64,000 bases of DNA from Campylobacter gracilis (GCF_018374135.1 NZ_JAHAFS010000009.1:12193-76192), one strand, 5' to 3'. Shown: positions 48,982 to 59,049, numbered from the stretch's first letter. A program made the numbers and translations. Notes: a model not told the origin generated them from the sequence alone.

Positions 48982-49210
48982 TTCTAACTTAAAACTATAA
49001 ACTCAAATTTAATTATTTATTATCAAGGATTGCGTAGGATTTGCGTTTGCAAGGTAGAATTTTACGCGCTAAGATTTAGTATTTTGATTGATTTTTATAT
49101 CTTTTTTGTGCTTGTTCTCACGCTGCTTTTTTATACTTTTTGTGTAGAGATGAAGCGAGTTTGCAGAGATAAATTTTATCCACAAATCCTAGCTAAATTG
49201 CCAGCGCAAG

Positions 49211-49570
49211 TTAGCTTTTTTTAAACGAAAAAAGCTTTTTTATCTTCGTAAGCCCAAGCTTCATGCCACTATATTTCATCATCTTAGCCATATTTACCCA
49301 CATTTCGCGCTCATAGCACGGATGTGGGCAGTGGTGACAGCGCGGCTTTTCGGTATGCGGGCAGGCGCCTAGTCGCGCGTAGGCGTAACGCAGCATCCGC
49401 TCGCAGTCGCTACAGAGATGAAAGCGCGTCTGCACTAGCCCCTTATCGTCTTTGTAGTCATGAAGCACGGCACCATCTTTTTTGGGTGCATCCGCATGCT
49501 TGCCATCGCAGTAAATTTGGATAAATTTCGTCACCGTGTTTACTTCGTAAATAAATTTTTCGCTCGTCAT
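49211..49570 (-). CDS. YgbA-like 'nitrous oxide-stimulated promoter' family Cys-rich protein
   Basis: 119 aa with cysteine pairs CDGKH...CSDCERM...CPHTEKPRCHHCPHPC, which are typical of this small family. Confidence 0.55.
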   Translation of the reverse strand: MTSEKFIYEVNTVTKFIQIYCDGKHADAPKKDGAVLHDYKDDKGLVQTRFHLCSDCERMLRYAYARLGACPHTEKPRCHHCPHPCYEREMWVNMAKMMKYSGMKLGLTKIKKLFSFKKS

Positions 49571-49671
49571 ATTTGATCCTTTGGGCGGATTTTATCTAAA
49601 AGAGACAAAAATACTCTTGAGCGCGCTCAAGCTAAAATTTATAGAATTTTAAAATTCCGCGGAATTTTGCT

Positions 49672-50700
49672 TTATCTTTCGACCTTGTTGCTTAATAAAG
49701 TCGCGATGAAGCGTGTTTTGTCGTTTGAAGCAAGCGCGATTTGCAAGCTCATCGTAAGCGGTACAGCCAAAAATAGCCCGCCGATACCAAGCACGAAGCC
49801 CCACAGCAGCAGCCCTGCAAGCACACTGATCGTTGAAAGCCCGAGCCCTTGTCCTAAAAAGCGCGGCTCTATAATATTTCCGATCGCTACGTTTACAACC
49901 AAATAAATTGCGATAGTCCAGATGCTAGAGCTTATATCCATCGTAGCTAGCGTCACGAAAAGCGTCGGAAAGACCGCTACGATCGAGCCTATCGTAGGGA
50001 TGAAATTTAGTACGAAAGCTAAAATCCCCCACAGCGCAGCATATGGGACACCAAGAGCCCACAGCCCGAGCCCGATGAGCGCACCGGTGCAAGCTGAAGC
50101 GATAGTTTTGATTAACAGATATTTTTTGAGGCTGGAGGCAAATTTCTTCACAAAAGTATGCGTAGCACGGCTACTTTGCGAAAAATAGCGGATTTTTTCG
50201 TCGATTACGGAGCTTTCAAAGACCATAAATGAAACCATTATAAAAATGAAAAATCCCGTCGAGACTATCGAGCCTGTTTTGCGCAGTAGTGCAGATAGCT
50301 GCGCGGCGGCTTCGCTCGGATCGATGCCTAGGCTTGCGGCGTTAAGCTCTATGCCGAAGCGAGAGAGCTTCGCGCTCACGCCTCCTAGCACCTCTTCAAA
50401 TTTTGCTTGAAGCTCGGGCAGGCGCGCTGAAAATTCCTTGATCGCATCGAAGATGACCGCACCGAAAAACACTATAATCGCCACAAAAGCAAAGGTGATG
50501 ATGAGGAAGCTAAAAACGCGCCCGACGCGGATCTTTTGGACGTAAAGTACCAGTGGCGAGACGAGCACCGTGATGAAAATAGCTAGCAAAAATGGCACGA
50601 CGATAGCCTGCGCGGCTTTAAGACCAGCCAGGATGATTACGACGCAGGCAACCGACATCAAGGACATTTGAAGCTTCAAGGATTCTCCTAAATTTGACAT
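49672..50700 (-). CDS. AI-2E family transporter (PerM/YdiK-like, UPF0118)
   Basis: 342 aa with about 8 transmembrane helices. The glycine-rich C-terminal membrane helices are typical of the AI-2E family. Confidence 0.75.
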   Translation of the reverse strand: MSNLGESLKLQMSLMSVACVVIILAGLKAAQAIVVPFLLAIFITVLVSPLVLYVQKIRVGRVFSFLIITFAFVAIIVFFGAVIFDAIKEFSARLPELQAKFEEVLGGVSAKLSRFGIELNAASLGIDPSEAAAQLSALLRKTGSIVSTGFFIFIMVSFMVFESSVIDEKIRYFSQSSRATHTFVKKFASSLKKYLLIKTIASACTGALIGLGLWALGVPYAALWGILAFVLNFIPTIGSIVAVFPTLFVTLATMDISSSIWTIAIYLVVNVAIGNIIEPRFLGQGLGLSTISVLAGLLLWGFVLGIGGLFLAVPLTMSLQIALASNDKTRFIATLLSNKVER

Positions 50701-50882
50701 TTTCGCGGAGCTTTTACGCGAAATTTTGATAGAAAGATTTTAACTAAAATTCCATAAATTTTAAGACGGAATTTTAAAATTTCATCGCAAAATTCTAAGA
50801 TACGCGCAAATTCTTAGCGGGCGCAAGAAAAGTTAGAATTTTTTGCTAAAATTTTGCGAAATTTACATAAGCAGGATCAAAA

Positions 50883-51972
50883 ATGAAACTTCCCAAACAG
50901 CTTTTAGATCGTTACGCCGTGGAGCGCCAAAGCGCAGGCGAGGCGCAGCGGACGGCGAATGAGATCGCCTTTGCGCCTGTAGTTTTTCAGGTAAGCAGGC
51001 TGATGAAAAAATTTGGAATTTTAAGCACGCTTAATGAGGCACGTGACGGGCTAAGCATAGAAGAGATCGCGAAGAAGCTCTCGCTTAGCGAATACGCCGT
51101 AAAGCTGCTTTTGGAAAGTTCACTTAGCATCGGCACGGTGCTTCTGTGCGGCGAGAAATTTCGGCTTAGCAAGGCGGGGTATTTTCTACTCACCGACGAG
51201 CTCGTCGGCGTGGATATAGACTTCATCCACGACGTGTGCTACAAGGGGCTCTTTAGGCTCGAAGAGACGCTAAAATCGGGCAAACCAGAGGGGCTAAAGG
51301 TTTTTGGGCAGTGGGCTACGATCTACGAGGCGCTTTCGCATCTGCCGCCGCATGTGCCGCAAAAGCTGGCTCGCGTTTGATCATTTTTATTCGGATTTGG
51401 CGTTTGAGCCCGCGCTAAAGATCATTTTTTCGCGCAAGACAAATAAAATTTTAGACGTAGGCGGCAACACGGGGCGCTTTGCTAAGCGGTGCGTAGGCTA
51501 CGACGAAAATGTGCGCGTCACGATAATGGATCTTGCGGGGCAAATTTCGATGATGAAAGACGCCGTCGCAGGCGCGAAGGGTGCAGAGCGCATAGACGGG
51601 CTTGCGGCTGATCTGCTAGACCCCGCTACGCGCTTTCCGCGCGGCTTTGACGCGATCTGGCTCAGTCAGTTTTTGGACTGCTTTGCAGAGGAGCAGATCG
51701 TAAGCATCCTCGCGCGCGCGGCGGAGTCGATGAGCGCGAAGGCGCGGCTTTATATTTTGGAGCCGTTTTGGGACAGGCAGCGCTACGAAACCGCCGCGTA
51801 TAGCATGACGCAGATCAGCGTATATTTCGCCGCCATGGCAAACGGCGATAGCAAAATTTACCACTCGGACGATATGGTTAAATTTACGCAGCGCGCGGGA
51901 CTTAAAATTTCGCAAATTCACGACGGGCTGGGCGTCGGACACACGCTGCTGTGCTGCGAAAGGGCGCGATGA
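50883..51972 (+). pseudogene. Class I SAM-dependent O-methyltransferase (family-2 type with an N-terminal dimerisation/winged-helix domain), interrupted by a frameshift near 51350-51380
   Basis: ORF 50883-51380 encodes the N-terminal domain and ends ...LSHLPPHVPQKLARV*. In the -1 frame, relative to the first ORF, the protein continues as SWLAFDHFYSDLAFEP...ILDVGGNTGRF (the SAM-binding motif I). The shift lies at or near the GCAAAAGC run. Confidence 0.6.
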
Positions 51973-52451
51973 TGGATGCGCGAAGTTTAAGCGCGCGGCT
52001 AAACAAGCCGATTAAAATTTTGCTAGTGCTCTTTGGAATCGGAATTTTGGCAAATGTGGCGATGGAATTTTATGCGGAGAAAAAACGCGGCGAGCTAGAG
52101 CGAAACTTCTGCGAAAGCAAACAGGTGCGAGATGCACTAGCGCGGATAAACGAGGGCGCGCCGCGCAGGATCGACGATGTTACGACTTTAAAAGGCGCCG
52201 CATGCGAAGGTGATAGCTTCATATACGATTACGCGCTAAATAGCTCACCTAATTTAGACCTTAGAGCGCTGGATGCGGGCGATGCAGAAATTTTAAAAGA
52301 GATGCTGTTTGCCAAGGCGAAGGCCGGCTTTTGCAGCACAGAATTTTCGCAGCGCCTGCGGGAGCTAGGCAAAACGATGGTGTTAAATTACGAAATAGAG
52401 GGCTTGCCGCCAATACGGCTAAAGCTTGATAAAAATAGCTACGAACGGTGA
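51969..52451 (+). CDS. Small membrane-anchored exported protein with 3 conserved cysteines (family member A)
   Basis: An N-terminal signal anchor (IKILLVLFGIGILANVAM) is followed by a domain that aligns with the protein at 53027-53419 (RRIDDVTTLKGAACEGDSFIYDYALN). Confidence 0.55.
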   Translation: MMDARSLSARLNKPIKILLVLFGIGILANVAMEFYAEKKRGELERNFCESKQVRDALARINEGAPRRIDDVTTLKGAACEGDSFIYDYALNSSPNLDLRALDAGDAEILKEMLFAKAKAGFCSTEFSQRLRELGKTMVLNYEIEGLPPIRLKLDKNSYER

Positions 52452-53026
52452 ATTTTAAAACCTAAGCGAGGCATTTGATAAGCCGCCTTTTGTGTGACGG
52501 TATATTGGCGGCTGGCACCTTTGTAAGCTTGCGAGCGAGCTTACACTTTGACGCAGAATTTTATGCGAGCAGGTCGCGGATAAAATTTAGCAAGATTTTA
52601 TCGCCGCAAATGCAGCGTAATAAATCATAAAATTCTGATTCAAAATCTACGATGCTGTTTCAAATAAAATTCCGCGCAATTTATAGAATTTCGCGTTAAA
52701 GCTTTACGCGGTGTTTGCGCTGCTACATAGATATAATTCCGCGTGAAATAGTCAAATTTTAATGAAAAACGCCACTGGCAGAATCTGACGCAAAATTAGA
52801 TCGCAGCTCAAAAAGGACTCACGCGTTTTAGCGCTTTGTGACGGCGAAATACACGCTGATATGCGCCATGCTATACGCGGCGGCGCAGTAAAAGCCAAGC
52901 AGAGATTTTGCATGTTGCTTTTGCGCAGGCGAAATCGAAAGCGAAGCGGATAAATTTTAAACGAATTCGGCGCGGGCGAGCAGGCAAAGGCTCACGCCGC
53001 GCTAAATTTTAAATCTCGCGCAAGCC

Positions 53027-53419
53027 CTACTTGCAGTCGCTAGGCTTAAATTCTACCCTTATAAATTCTTCGCCACTTTTTATCTTATAGCTCCATATCG
53101 CGCTGTTTATTAGCGGATGCATTACCTTCATCTGGTTGCAAAAAATTTGCTTATTTTGGCTATCTATGACATTTTGTATCACGGTTTTTTGATCATTTCC
53201 GACACTGTCAAATTTCATCCCCATGCCGTCATTTAGCTCGTAGTTGTAGATAAAGCTGCCATCCTTGCACTCAGCGCCCGTTAACGTGGTAATCTCGTCG
53301 ACTCGCATCGGCGCACTCTTATTGATGCCTTCCACAGCCGCTTTGAGTTGGACATTATCGCAGCTTGGTGCCGCAAAAAGCGCCGCGAAAGCAAACGGAA
53401 GCAATAAAAATTTTTTCAT
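53027..53419 (-). CDS. Small secreted protein or lipoprotein with 3 conserved cysteines (family member B), a paralog of 51969-52451
   Basis: It has a signal peptide (MKKFLLLPFAFAALFAAPSC). The stretch RVDEITTLTGAECKDGSFIYNYELND aligns with member A, including the Cys positions. Confidence 0.6.
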   Translation of the reverse strand: MKKFLLLPFAFAALFAAPSCDNVQLKAAVEGINKSAPMRVDEITTLTGAECKDGSFIYNYELNDGMGMKFDSVGNDQKTVIQNVIDSQNKQIFCNQMKVMHPLINSAIWSYKIKSGEEFIRVEFKPSDCK

Positions 53420-53636
53420 AATTCTCTCCTTAAAAAATTTAGTAATGATATAAAAATTAATATTAATCGCTGCTTTAAATTTAGATCGAATTTTTGGTGC
53501 TGCGAATATGAAATTTTATGCAAGCGTAGCTGCGAACGCGAAAAGTTTATTTGCGGAGTTTAGCCCTAAAATACGGAATTAGGCGGTATGTCAAGGTGAG
53601 GAATTTGTCGGCTCGCCGCACTTAAATATGAGCTTC

Positions 53637-53680
53637 TGAGTTAAATTTAATAACGCGATTTTTGCGGAAATTTAACTCAG
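53637..53680. repeat. Perfect 11-bp inverted repeat GAGTTAAATTT...AAATTTAACTC with a 22-nt loop
   Basis: I read this directly from the sequence. It lies in the intergenic region between the lipoprotein gene and paralog B. Confidence 0.4.
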
Positions 53681-53938
53681 CTTGCGAAATAAATTCGATG
53701 CTTAGAGTACCAGCAAACTCGGTATCAAAATGATTTAATGTCGCAGGCGGGATAAATCTTACAAGCAAGCGCGCATTTGAGTATTTTAAAGCCATGCTAA
53801 TTATATCAATAAACAAAATTTAGGCGCGACGATCCGCAAGTGCGTGTCGTAAGATCGCCGCGACAAATTTTACTACAAGATGGCGGGCAAAAATAAGCGA
53901 CTAGATGCCGCTTACTACGCACAAAGGCGTAAGCGCGA

Positions 53939-54553
53939 TTAATTATCGTTGATTACGTCCAAAATCTCTCTAGCGTGCACGGCGTAATCATTCGCCATCG
54001 ATTTTTGAAAAATCCCGCCGATCTGCGCGTACGAGCCCTGACCGCCGCCGAAAAACTCCTCCTCGCCGAAGTTGCGCTCGTTTACGGCGATATTTTGGTT
54101 GTAGATTGGCTTTCCGTTTTTAAACATTTTTAAGCGTAGATTGTAGCGCACGTAGGGCTTCGCCGAAACGTCGATGCCGTCGGAGCTGTAAAAGCCAAAG
54201 CCGAATGAGCTAAGCTCGGGCGCAATGACGAGCCCTTTGCCTTGCAGCGCTTTTTCGTCTTCAGTGACGCTCACGCGCCTTAGGTAGGTGCCGAAGAAGC
54301 GCTTTGCCTCGCCTGCGACGAACTCGCCGACATCGATTTTAAGCTCATCGTCTCTGCCTAGCTTCGAGCTTGCGGCGTAGCTTTTCGTCCCCATTAGCTC
54401 GCTAGGGATATAAATGAGCGCGCTTTGCATGGCGTTAGTCGCGCTTATAGTGTCGTCAAACGGCGCTACGTCGGCGTTTTGATTAAACTGCGCTTCGTAT
54501 GCGCAACCGCTAAAAAGCGCGCAAAATATTGCGGCTAGAAAGAAATTTTTCAT
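53939..54553 (-). CDS. Lipoprotein, hypothetical
   Basis: It has a signal peptide with a lipobox (LFSGC). No catalytic motif is recognised. Confidence 0.6.
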   Translation of the reverse strand: MKNFFLAAIFCALFSGCAYEAQFNQNADVAPFDDTISATNAMQSALIYIPSELMGTKSYAASSKLGRDDELKIDVGEFVAGEAKRFFGTYLRRVSVTEDEKALQGKGLVIAPELSSFGFGFYSSDGIDVSAKPYVRYNLRLKMFKNGKPIYNQNIAVNERNFGEEEFFGGGQGSYAQIGGIFQKSMANDYAVHAREILDVINDN

Positions 54554-54630
54554 TGTTTGCTCCGTGTAAAAATTTTTGTAATTCTACCCCACGGGTCTAA
54601 ATTTTATGCTGAAACTGGCGGAATCGCTCT

Positions 54631-55410
54631 TTAGTCCAAGCTGAAAAACCGCCTAAGCTTACGCTTAAACGTGTCTTTTGGAATTTGCGTATCGCTAAAG
54701 TCATCGCTCCAAATTTCGTTTTTATCAGTGAAATAGGTAAAATTTTGCCAATGCGGGATAAAATTTGTTTTCTGCTCCACGGTTATATTTTTGTCTTTGC
54801 AATACTGCAAAATTTCATCCAGTTCGCGCTTTGAGTAGATGTTTATCAAAAAATAGTTGCGATTTTTAAATTTAATCACGACATTTTTATTTAGCAGACT
54901 TAGCGGCTCTTTGTTTTTGATCAACATAAAAATTTTAAATGGCAAAACAAGCAAGATAAAATTTATCGTATAGTATAAAAACAGTGCCAGTTTACCGATA
55001 TGCACCCCAACAGATGATTTTTTATAAAGCTCGTAGGAGGTAAAGTAGTGAAATCTACCGAAGCTATCCATAAGCTCTGAAACCACGCAAAAGCTTATTT
55101 TCTCTATATCCGTAAGATTGCATATTTTATTGGGCTCTGTACCTTGCATGAAATTATAAGATAGCTTGTAATTATAAAACGTAAAATAAGAGGCTTGGAA
55201 ATTGCATTTTACGTACCACCATATCTGTGCGATGAATAGCACTACGGCGCACAATACCATAAACAAATCGTCGCCTTTTATAATATCCATAAAAGTGGCA
55301 TTAGTCGTATATGCAGAGTAAAAAAGCACTATGGATAAAAATAGGCTTTTTTCTTGAAAGTAAACCGCTCTGTCTATGATTTTGATTGGCTCTTTGTCAT
55401 AGTCTCGCAT
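54631..55410 (-). CDS. Hypothetical polytopic membrane protein in an AT-rich patch
   Basis: About 3 transmembrane helices. It is Lys/Asn/Phe/Tyr-rich. Its composition differs from the neighbouring genes. Confidence 0.45.
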   Translation of the reverse strand: MRDYDKEPIKIIDRAVYFQEKSLFLSIVLFYSAYTTNATFMDIIKGDDLFMVLCAVVLFIAQIWWYVKCNFQASYFTFYNYKLSYNFMQGTEPNKICNLTDIEKISFCVVSELMDSFGRFHYFTSYELYKKSSVGVHIGKLALFLYYTINFILLVLPFKIFMLIKNKEPLSLLNKNVVIKFKNRNYFLINIYSKRELDEILQYCKDKNITVEQKTNFIPHWQNFTYFTDKNEIWSDDFSDTQIPKDTFKRKLRRFFSLD

Positions 55411-55779
55411 AAAATTCCTTTTCGGTATGATTTTTGACGAAGCGCATTTTATCACCGCCTCGCTTTCGACGCGTTTAAAGATGCGGGATATTTACAGAGG
55501 CGCTTGCGGCGAGTTGCGACGAGCGGTGATCATCCTCACTAAACGGCGGACAATGTGGCGCTATTTGCGACTAGTTATGGAGCTTTTCAGACACAGAGCG
55601 AGCTTATTTGCGACTGCTTCGAGGACTACTGCGAGCATCGAGCGATCTCATCTGCGATTGCCGCGGACAGAATTTTGCTCGAAATCAAGCCCCAATCTCG
55701 CCGCGAAATACTCGCGCAGCATCCGCCTTTGCGCTTCGTTTACGTTTAGCTTTATCCGGACATTCGGCGAGTCTAAATT

Positions 55780-56403
55780 TCACGCCTTAATGTCGTAGCT
55801 GAAATTTTTCAAAAAATATATCCGTAAAGCCTCGCGCTCGGCGCGGCTAGGACGGATGCAAAAAAATACCGCCGCGCCTGTATCGTCCTTGCCGCGCAGT
55901 AGCAGGCAATCGCGCAGTCGTAACCCCACTCGTCCGTCTAGCCTTCGCGCGACGACGAGCTTTGAAGCGATCAAAATCGCAAAAATGCCCGTCGCTGCAT
56001 AGATCGCAGCTTCGACAAAGCCGAATTTTATCGTCAAAAACACGCCCGCGACGTATGCGAAAAGAAGCAAGAATTTTAAAATTTCTTGCAGTTTCAAAAA
56101 CCGTTCGTAGCTTATAAACGGCACGCGAAACGTCCGCACGAAGCCGAGCGACGGCTCTATCAGATCGACGCATCCAAGCATAAGATCGTATTTGTCTAGC
56201 CCTCTGCGAAAGGATATTTTAAGCTCGTCAAATTCCACGCGCGCCGCCTCTTTGCTACCGCTTCGCAGATAAAGTAACGCTAAAAACATAAAAACGATCG
56301 TCAGACTAGGCTTGGCTTGCAGCGAGCGTAGCGGGCTGTCCGTGTAAAACAGCTCCCCCGATTCGCCGATGTCCAAAGAGATAAAAATGCAAAAAAAACG
56401 CAA
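55780..56403 (-). CDS. Hypothetical membrane protein
   Basis: This is only an ORF with 2-3 predicted transmembrane helices. Its architecture (transmembrane helix, then an ...ISF... loop, then a transmembrane pair, then a C-terminal domain) is similar to the ORF at 54631-55410. Confidence 0.35.
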   Translation of the reverse strand: MRFFCIFISLDIGESGELFYTDSPLRSLQAKPSLTIVFMFLALLYLRSGSKEAARVEFDELKISFRRGLDKYDLMLGCVDLIEPSLGFVRTFRVPFISYERFLKLQEILKFLLLFAYVAGVFLTIKFGFVEAAIYAATGIFAILIASKLVVARRLDGRVGLRLRDCLLLRGKDDTGAAVFFCIRPSRAEREALRIYFLKNFSYDIKA

Positions 56404-56469
56404 GGATCGCTACGGAGAAAATTTTATAAAACGTATCGTCGCAGATAAGGCTGAATTCGGGCTTTTGCA

Positions 56470-57804
56470 TTAGTTTTTGTATAGCGGCGCGTCGGTGATT
56501 TTAAATCTAAATTTATTGCCCGCGCCGATAAATTTCACGAAGCTCGCTACGTCAAATCCCTGCTGCGGCGCGCTTAGCGGCGGCTTAGCAAGGATCTCGA
56601 AGCTTAGCCCCGCGTAGTTGAAAAACTTGCCGCAGCGCCAAAAGCCGTGTCTGCCGTAGAATTCTATGCGGCGTAGGCGCTGCGCGAGGTTGGGCGCGTC
56701 CTCGTGCGGCGGCTCGATGTCAAGGATGATTTGCGCGCGCGGATTTTGCGTGGCGATGAGTGCGAGCAGCCTTGAGCCGATCCCCAGCCCGCGAAATTTC
56801 GCATCTATCGCAAGGTACGCTACGTAAAAAAACTCGCCCTGCTTGCTACTTGAGGGTTCGCTCTTTTCGCAACGCAAAATTTTACTTTCATCGCGGCGCG
56901 AAATCCCGTTCTCATCGTAGCGCAAAATCTTTCCCTTCGCGGTATCGGACGAAATTTTGCTCTTCGTAGCGCTCGGTGGAATTTTGCCGCGCACGCTCAC
57001 ATTTGAAATTTTATCTGTCGCGATACCGCGGCATAGTATTTCTCCCGCACTTGCTTGCTTTAAATCGCCGCCCGCACGTTTTATATTATCGCTTGCTAGC
57101 CCTTGATCCGCGCCCGCACCCAAAACCCCGTCGCTAACGCTTAAATCTGAAATTTCATTGTTCGTAACGTAGCTTGAAATTTCGTCGCTCGCAGCGCCGA
57201 AAGATCCCGCATCGCAGGCGAATTCCGCGCCGTTATGGGCTTTGGATATTAAAATTTTATCCGCATTTAGGCGAGGCGGCGGCTGTTTGTAGTGCGAAAC
57301 CGCGCGCTTGTAGGTTTGCTCGGTCCTATAGACGCAAAACCCAACGAGCTCCTCGCCGCTTAAATTTTGCGCCGCCGCATTGGAATTTTCGCTTGCCTCC
57401 GCGCTGGGATTTTTACTTTCCAAGCTGGATTTTCCACACGTCGCACTGGATTTTTTATCAGTTGCACTGCGATTTTTGGAATTCAAAGAGGCGAATTCTG
57501 CCGCGCTGCGGTTATCCGCATCGGAATTTTTACCCGCAGCGTCACGATTTTGGCTCGCTTCGCCGCGATCTTGCGATCCCACGCATAAAATTTCACTCGC
57601 CGCCGCGTGATGTTTACCCGTAGCGCCGCCAGTGTCCAGGGCGCTAAAATCCTCGAAAATCGCCGCGATTTCAAGCTGTCCTTTGCGCGACATTTTTAAG
57701 AAATTTTTTATGCTGATACGCTCGATTTCGGGGAACGCTGCGACGTTGATCGCCTCTATGCGCGCGATCAGTGCCGAGTCCTCGCCGATACGCTCAAGTC
57801 TCAT
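56470..57804 (-). CDS. GNAT-family N-acetyltransferase split by a roughly 270-aa low-complexity insertion
   Basis: The C-terminus YVAYLAIDAKFRGLGIGSRLLALI is GNAT motif A, followed by the ...YGRHGF tail. The N-terminus looks like GNAT beta1-alpha1. The middle 270 aa are Ser/Ala/Asn/Lys/Gly/Asp-rich with recurring KIL, EIS and KIS triplets, corresponding to AAAATTTT- and GAAATTTC-type DNA motifs. Confidence 0.65.
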   Translation of the reverse strand: MRLERIGEDSALIARIEAINVAAFPEIERISIKNFLKMSRKGQLEIAAIFEDFSALDTGGATGKHHAAASEILCVGSQDRGEASQNRDAAGKNSDADNRSAAEFASLNSKNRSATDKKSSATCGKSSLESKNPSAEASENSNAAAQNLSGEELVGFCVYRTEQTYKRAVSHYKQPPPRLNADKILISKAHNGAEFACDAGSFGAASDEISSYVTNNEISDLSVSDGVLGAGADQGLASDNIKRAGGDLKQASAGEILCRGIATDKISNVSVRGKIPPSATKSKISSDTAKGKILRYDENGISRRDESKILRCEKSEPSSSKQGEFFYVAYLAIDAKFRGLGIGSRLLALIATQNPRAQIILDIEPPHEDAPNLAQRLRRIEFYGRHGFWRCGKFFNYAGLSFEILAKPPLSAPQQGFDVASFVKFIGAGNKFRFKITDAPLYKN

Positions 57805-57933
57805 TTGCCCTCCTTGTCGCGATAGGCATACCGCGTAAATTTAAAATTTGCCCGCCTAGCTCGCGGGGATTTCATCGCTCGACCCTTAAATTTAATGAAA
57901 TTTCGCAAAATTTAAAGGACCGCTCGCATAAAT

Positions 57934-59049
57934 TTAATCTTCGCCGTAAATTCGCTTTAAATTCCCCAGCGTCGCGCTCGCGTTTAGCAGCAGCGCATCG
58001 GCGATCGCCAGCCGCGCCATTGCGGTAGCTACGACGCTGCCGCGCACGGCGATACACGGATCGTGCCGTCCGCGCAGCTCGCAGACCGCGTCTGCGCCGT
58101 ACACGTCCACGCTGCGCTGCGCCATGAAAATGCTCGGAGTGGGCTTAAAATGCGTTGTTATCTCGATAGGCGTGCCGCTACTTATGCCGCCTAAGATCCC
58201 GCCTGCGTTGTTGCTCGCAAAATTTGCGCCGATCTTGCCGCCGTTGGTGCGGATCGCATCATTGCTAGCGCGCATAAAATCGTTGTTTTCGCTACCTTTT
58301 AGCGTGCTTGCTTTCACTCCCGCGCCGATCTGCACGGCCTTTACGCCGTTTATGCTCATCATCGCGCCCGCAAGCGCCGCATCCAGCTTACCGTACAGCG
58401 GCTCGCCGAGCCCCGCAGGCACGCCCGTAACGCGAGTTAGTACGCAGCCGCCGATGCTATCGCCCGCATTTTTGACGCTTAGAATTAGCTCCTTTTGCGC
58501 GCTCTCCACAGCGGGATCGAGTGCGAAAATTTCGCTGTTTTGCGCAAAGTCGAAGTCTAAATTTTCCGCGTAAATTTCGCCCACGCCGCAGATTCCGCTT
58601 TTTACGGAAATTTTAAAGTGATTTAGCAGGATTTGCGCAAACGCTCCTGCAGCCACGCGTACGGCGGTTTCGCGCGCGCTTGCCCGCCCGCCGCCTCGGT
58701 AATCGCGCAGTCCATATTTGGCAAAATATGAAAAATCGGCGTGTGCGGGGCGGAAAATATCCTTGAGGTTTTCGTAGTCCTTTGAGTGCTGGTTTGCGTT
58801 GCGGATGATAAATCCGATCGGCGCGCCGGTGCTGCGACCGTCAAAAATTCCGCTTAAAATTTCGATCTCGTCGGCTTCTTTGCGGGGCGTAGCGTATTTG
58901 CCGCCCGGTTTGCGGCGATCGAGCTCGCTTTGGATATTTGAAGGCTCGATCGCCACGCCAGCCGGAAAACCGTCCAAAACGCCGCCTATCGCCGCGCCGT
59001 GGCTCTCGCCGAAGGTGCTAAGGCGCAATCTCTCGCCGAAGGTGTTCAT
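57934..59049 (-). CDS. aroC: Chorismate synthase
   Basis: The N-terminus MNTFGERLRLSTFGESHGAAIGGVLDG and the block GRHDPCI are present. Length is 371 aa. Confidence 0.95.
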   Translation of the reverse strand: MNTFGERLRLSTFGESHGAAIGGVLDGFPAGVAIEPSNIQSELDRRKPGGKYATPRKEADEIEILSGIFDGRSTGAPIGFIIRNANQHSKDYENLKDIFRPAHADFSYFAKYGLRDYRGGGRASARETAVRVAAGAFAQILLNHFKISVKSGICGVGEIYAENLDFDFAQNSEIFALDPAVESAQKELILSVKNAGDSIGGCVLTRVTGVPAGLGEPLYGKLDAALAGAMMSINGVKAVQIGAGVKASTLKGSENNDFMRASNDAIRTNGGKIGANFASNNAGGILGGISSGTPIEITTHFKPTPSIFMAQRSVDVYGADAVCELRGRHDPCIAVRGSVVATAMARLAIADALLLNASATLGNLKRIYGED

